Source: Ascidiella aspersa (lineage: Eukaryota). Taken from it: a stretch of DNA of 64,000 nucleotides. The notes below the pieces were generated by a model. The model ran no database searches and was not told the DNA's origin. It was given only the letters and a program-made list of their open reading frames with translations. The position numbers and the translations under genes are program-made. Shown here piece after piece: positions 59,456-64,000 of this stretch (position 1 is its first letter; every line of letters begins with the position of its first letter). The stretch is from positions 19,654,001 through 19,718,000 of the forward strand of contig OZ004611.1 of the NCBI GenBank assembly GCA_963924565.1, given 5' to 3'.

Positions 59456-62400
59456 CCATTGACCATAGATGCAACAAATGAATGTTGGTTGGTGGATCGC
59501 AAAATAAACACTTTATATTTTCATGACCACTCTCATACATGGGCTGTTAAAATTAGTTCGGTGTGTATATCTGTGTGCCAAAGCTAATTACCTTATCCAC
59601 AACATAACACTTTAATCACCATTTAATGTAATTTTGCTTTTTTTCGGCCATAATTCAGATTGGAAGAGGCGAGAATTTGGTGTTTTTATATAGATAAAGA
59701 CCTGCTTGGTAAAACGGTTTATTTTTTTGCTGTTCAAAGTTATTTACAAATACAAAAATTAACGATTTAAGAAAAATGAGTGAGTTAAGTTTGAAATAAA
59801 TTGTAAGAAAACCCATTAAATGCCTTGGGTACAGAACCAATACTATTTTACGCAAACAATTTTCGGTAAACATATTTTTGCCCATTATATTTGGGTAAAT
59901 AATTTTGGGAAACTCAAATGGGGGTAAAAAACAATGGGCACCAAAACATTTTACTCAAATAACTTATGTATGGTGCTCTTGTACCCAAATTCGCCAAAGG
60001 CGTTTTACCCAAATTGGTTTACAGTGCAGGACAAAATACTTCGCCCAAGGTCTATTGTATGGGAACGCAAACGGTCGGCGTGAGGGATTAACATGAAAGT
60101 ATAAGTTTTGGCAGCGGGGGGCCGTACGGCAACATGTTGTATACACAAGTGGGAACGACCCTTTGGTTAAACGGTGATAGGCAAATACACGACCTATGCC
60201 ACACAAAGAGCGCGTTTCTGTGAAATAATTAGCTTACTTTAAATAAACAGCGGGTGCGTGTGCTTAACTGGGAAAGCAAATGGTGGGGTTGTACAGGAGT
60301 GGCAATTTATCCTTCTAGCTGCTGTATTGCGGTTGCAGTTTGCACAATATTTGCAAAATTAACAATAGCTGATTCGGTCATGAAAGGACAAAACAAGCCG
60401 CATAGGTGGGTGTAGATTACCGAGATTAAATAGCTTTACAATCCAAGTAGCCTCGATGATTAAAATACATTAAGGCTAATGTCAACTAAGCAACTTCGTC
60501 AATAAAACACTATTACTCAAATAAAAAATGTTGAAACAATTTTTGATGTACAACATAATAAAAAGTCGATAATTCGACTAAAATTTAAAATATAAAACAC
60601 AATAATTTTATAATTTTTACCTTGAAACACGTAAGTAAGGTCCCCCAAAATAATATAGGTAACGATCTGATATACTACTCCATGTATTTCATCTATGTTA
60701 ACACTTTAAGTCCGAAGCAAAGACATGCTATATACTTGGCACGCTTTTAGTATGTAATGCATTTAAACATTAGACATAATATCGAATCGCGATACCTTAT
60801 GGTACTTCAAAAATGGGTATCGGATAGCGAACGAATACCCGGCAAATCTTTTTTAGGTTAGCCTAAAACCGAGTCCACCCCTTGAACCACACTGTATAGG
60901 GAGAAATGCGGTTCCAAGGACGTCTCAACGACGGACAAACAGTCGCACACAGAGGAAACGGCAATTCTAAGGACTCGGTGAACGCGAGAGCGCAGCAAAG
61001 GTAATATAGACGAGCGCACGCAGACAATATACAAATCGGCGCGATCACGGGCATACAGATATGAGCCATAACTCGTGCGCGCGAGAGGGCCCACTTCACT
61101 CGGTACTTGGGTTTTGTTTGTTGAGGGCCAGGGAAGCTTCTGTCAAACGAGAAAGCCGCCGCGGGATTGGAAATTATTAACTCCCGAAATGCTGACGAAC
61201 ACCTTTGGAGGATTTAGGACTTGAGATTTGGAGCTTCTTTTTTATCAGGGTTATTTTTCGCCGGTTGCTTGGTTACCGACGCCGAAGTGTTTTTCATTGT
61301 TTTCTTTAATTTATTCAAACGGTTGTGGTATTTTAATCCTATAAAGGTCATCTTTATATTAATGCAGTCGGGTGGGCGCAAAAAATTTGCTGTGGCGGAA
61401 ACTGACAGCCAATCAGCATTTCATATCTCAGGGATATATTGACGCAACATCATTTTAAAGGTTAAGAGCCAACGCTGGCATGGAGACATCCGACAATTCT
61501 GAATTGCGACAGCTTGTAATCGAGGACGTTTAATCGCACGTAAGTGAATTAACAAACAGTTACCGAAAAAATCTGCTACGTGATTGCAAGCAAGGTCAAA
61601 TCACAGATGATACATTCGTCATTCGCGAATTTTCAGTAAAAAAAATCGGCAAATTTTCAATGAATTTTCAAACAACGCCCACTTCAGTAGCCTACATCAG
61701 GAGGATTAGGAACATCATTTGGCAAACACACCAGGTGTGCGTGCGTCATGCAACGTCCTTCCGCAAAAAAAGTACCGCATGTCGAGGACAGGTAAACAAT
61801 CCCAGGTGTTGTGACGTCATACATTGCGTCACCTCGCACCAGCGCTATCAAAAGCGATAAAATCAGCGCGTTCGAGCGTCTAACCTGTTGCATACAGATG
61901 TCTTATCGAACGTTTGACAAAGCCGTTTGTCCTTGGAATAAGCGATGTATTCCGTTTTTTGTGGGCGTTTCATATCGATTTGATGCGCTGAATTTGTTTA
62001 CCACGAAAAAAACAGCGTTGCTAGGTATGGTTTCGGTTCGCAATACAAAAAGTCGACTATAATGGTCGTAAACATGGCAAAACGCGGTAAAATATATAGC
62101 TAAAGCCAAGGAAAACCGTAATTTGGCAAGAAAACCCGTTTGAAAAATAAAAGTCAAAATGCTTTTCATTGCGTTTCAAAATTCACTGCGCCCTCTTAAC
62201 CTTCAAAAATAGAGTTAAAAATTATCGATATTCAACGAACGACAAGTCATTTTTGTATGCTTAGGGTCCTGCCTTAAACCAAAGACAGTTTACCATTGCA
62301 TGAATGTCAACAAAGTTCATTATTACTGCTGAACGGGGCGGTGACAACGTTAAGGCAAGTCTTGCGACTCTTAAGTAAATAAAACTGTACCAACAAACGG

Positions 62401-64000
62401 AATTTGGATACCAAATCGTTGATTGGCAGTAATCCAGTAGCTGCATACAAAAACGCATAACTACTGTTAAACCGCTTAGCCAAAACCGAAATAGAACTTT
62501 AATCTAAGCAGCATTAGACTTGTTTACGTTCGAAAAAATCGCGGTGGCTTTTTAAGTCTTTCGTCGCCTTGTCCAAATCATCGACCACAGTCCAGGCGAA
62601 CGCAGTGAAACAAAGGAGGGCGGGCGCATTTTTATTCCGGTTCTGCTATTTATCTAAGCCGCTTATTGACCGAAAAGGCGGGCGCCGAGTGACTTTTGGG
62701 TGACATTCGCCCGGCAGCATTTCGGACGTGACTTTCGCGGCGAAACGCGCGGCCTTGTCGGATTTTTCCGCGCGTTCTTTTCACAAACAGCGCCGCGGCT
62801 CTTCGCCTTCCGGTGACAGTTTTACGAGCTGCAGCGTTCCTGCTGGGAAACGAGCACGCTGAACCCCGGATTTTGCGAAAACGTTGGCTTAGAAAGAGGT
62901 GAGTTGGTTATGGTTAGGTGGTCCACCAATAGCACTCGAAACCTTAACAGGTCACGAAAATTCCCATAGTGCAAATAGCGTCGTACAAAGCCACCAAACT
63001 TTTAGGACTTAAAGCCAGGACTCCCGAAAGTTTCCTAAACCGGCTTTTCAGTTTTAAAAATAGCAATGCATTAGCAGGAAACGCCCTAACTAAAAAAATG
63101 AAAACTAAATTGCCTACACGACATCAGAAACCCAATGCCGCATAATTATTTGTAAAGACAAATAGATTTTGGGTTCCATACAACTTTAAATGTAGTTTCA
63201 TAAAACACAACAAAAATGTGAAAATGTGCGACATATCGTTATAATTCGCAGGCATTCATAGTTATAGTTATAGTTCTTTGTTTTTAAGTTTACTCAACCT
63301 TTTTTTACTAACTTGTCTACGACTTAGCGATCTAGTTTAATAATTAAAATAGAAACACGTAAAAAATCAGACTGCCATTGCAAAATAAGCTTGTGGTAGC
63401 TTTGCCGCGTTGCGCAACAGACACGCAGGCAGGGGCAAAGCTGGAATTAAAAAGATGAAACAACCGTACGCTTTTCCGAACTTAAAAGTTCCGAAAGCAT
63501 CAACAGCGCAAGTTTTTTCACGGTCGATTGCGCGCAAAAAAGGCATAATTAGCCCGAGAGCGGCGCGCGGCTAAACAGCAGCCGAGAGATGAAGTTATGA
63601 GCGTATTTTCGCTCGACCATCAGTATAGTTGATGACGTCATCGCCCAGGTGTCGCTCGTTCGCTCGCGGAGGCACACTTGATCGGCCTCGAGCCGCCAGT
63701 GTTGGCCGCTGGCAGTAGAGACACTCAAAACGGGAATCAAGTGTCGGCTCTAGTGGAGCTGTGTGATTGTTTGACCGTCGCTATTAGCTGCGATCCGGTC
63801 AACGCCGTTGGCGGCGAGCGACACAGCTCTATATTATACAGTGTTGCCGTTTTCACGAAATCAACTAGCGGCCTCTTTGATTCTCTCAGTAAAAAAAGGC
63901 GTTAAAACAACACATATTTCGATAATTGAGGGATCGGCCTAGAGCGGAATCCTTCGCGTTTCGTTGAAATTCCGATTACTCAACTTAGCGAAATGTTTAA

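Noticed and set aside
60858-61130. Minus-strand frame containing KLPWPS, superficially like the BicC N-terminal KH motif WPSKLKIG
   Set aside because: No similarity beyond WPS and no suitable phase-1 donor.
1-64000. CRISPR arrays, operons, rRNA, autonomous transposase/RT ORFs
   Set aside because: Sequence is eukaryotic and spliced; no repeat-spacer array, rRNA or long TE-coding ORF was seen.

Overview
AT-rich, intron-rich animal genomic DNA. The chordate-like proteins, compact introns and many hAT MITEs suggest an invertebrate chordate such as an ascidian, but this is inference only. Two convergent spliced genes were reconstructed by hand, all introns GT-AG with consistent phases. (1) A complete 10-coding-exon SLC30A2/3/8-type (ZnT2-subfamily) zinc transporter on + (10843-25395, 1752 nt, 583 aa), with an unusually long His-rich N-terminus and an upstream cluster of metal-response elements. 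(2) The 3' 22 coding exons of Bicaudal-C (BICC1; KH/KH-like domains, conserved TPTxTWSG box, SAM domain, C-terminal SGRW) on - (31474-56498); its first exons were not found in the window. Most ORFs in the supplied track are spurious or exon read-throughs. Non-coding DNA holds hAT/Charlie-type MITEs and local tandem duplications. It also holds three distinct families of short Penelope-like retroelement fragments (inverted arms and/or variable-length target-site duplications) carrying minimal type I hammerhead-ribozyme-like motifs, several inside the ZnT and BicC introns. The ribozyme calls were made by eye and their activity is untested.
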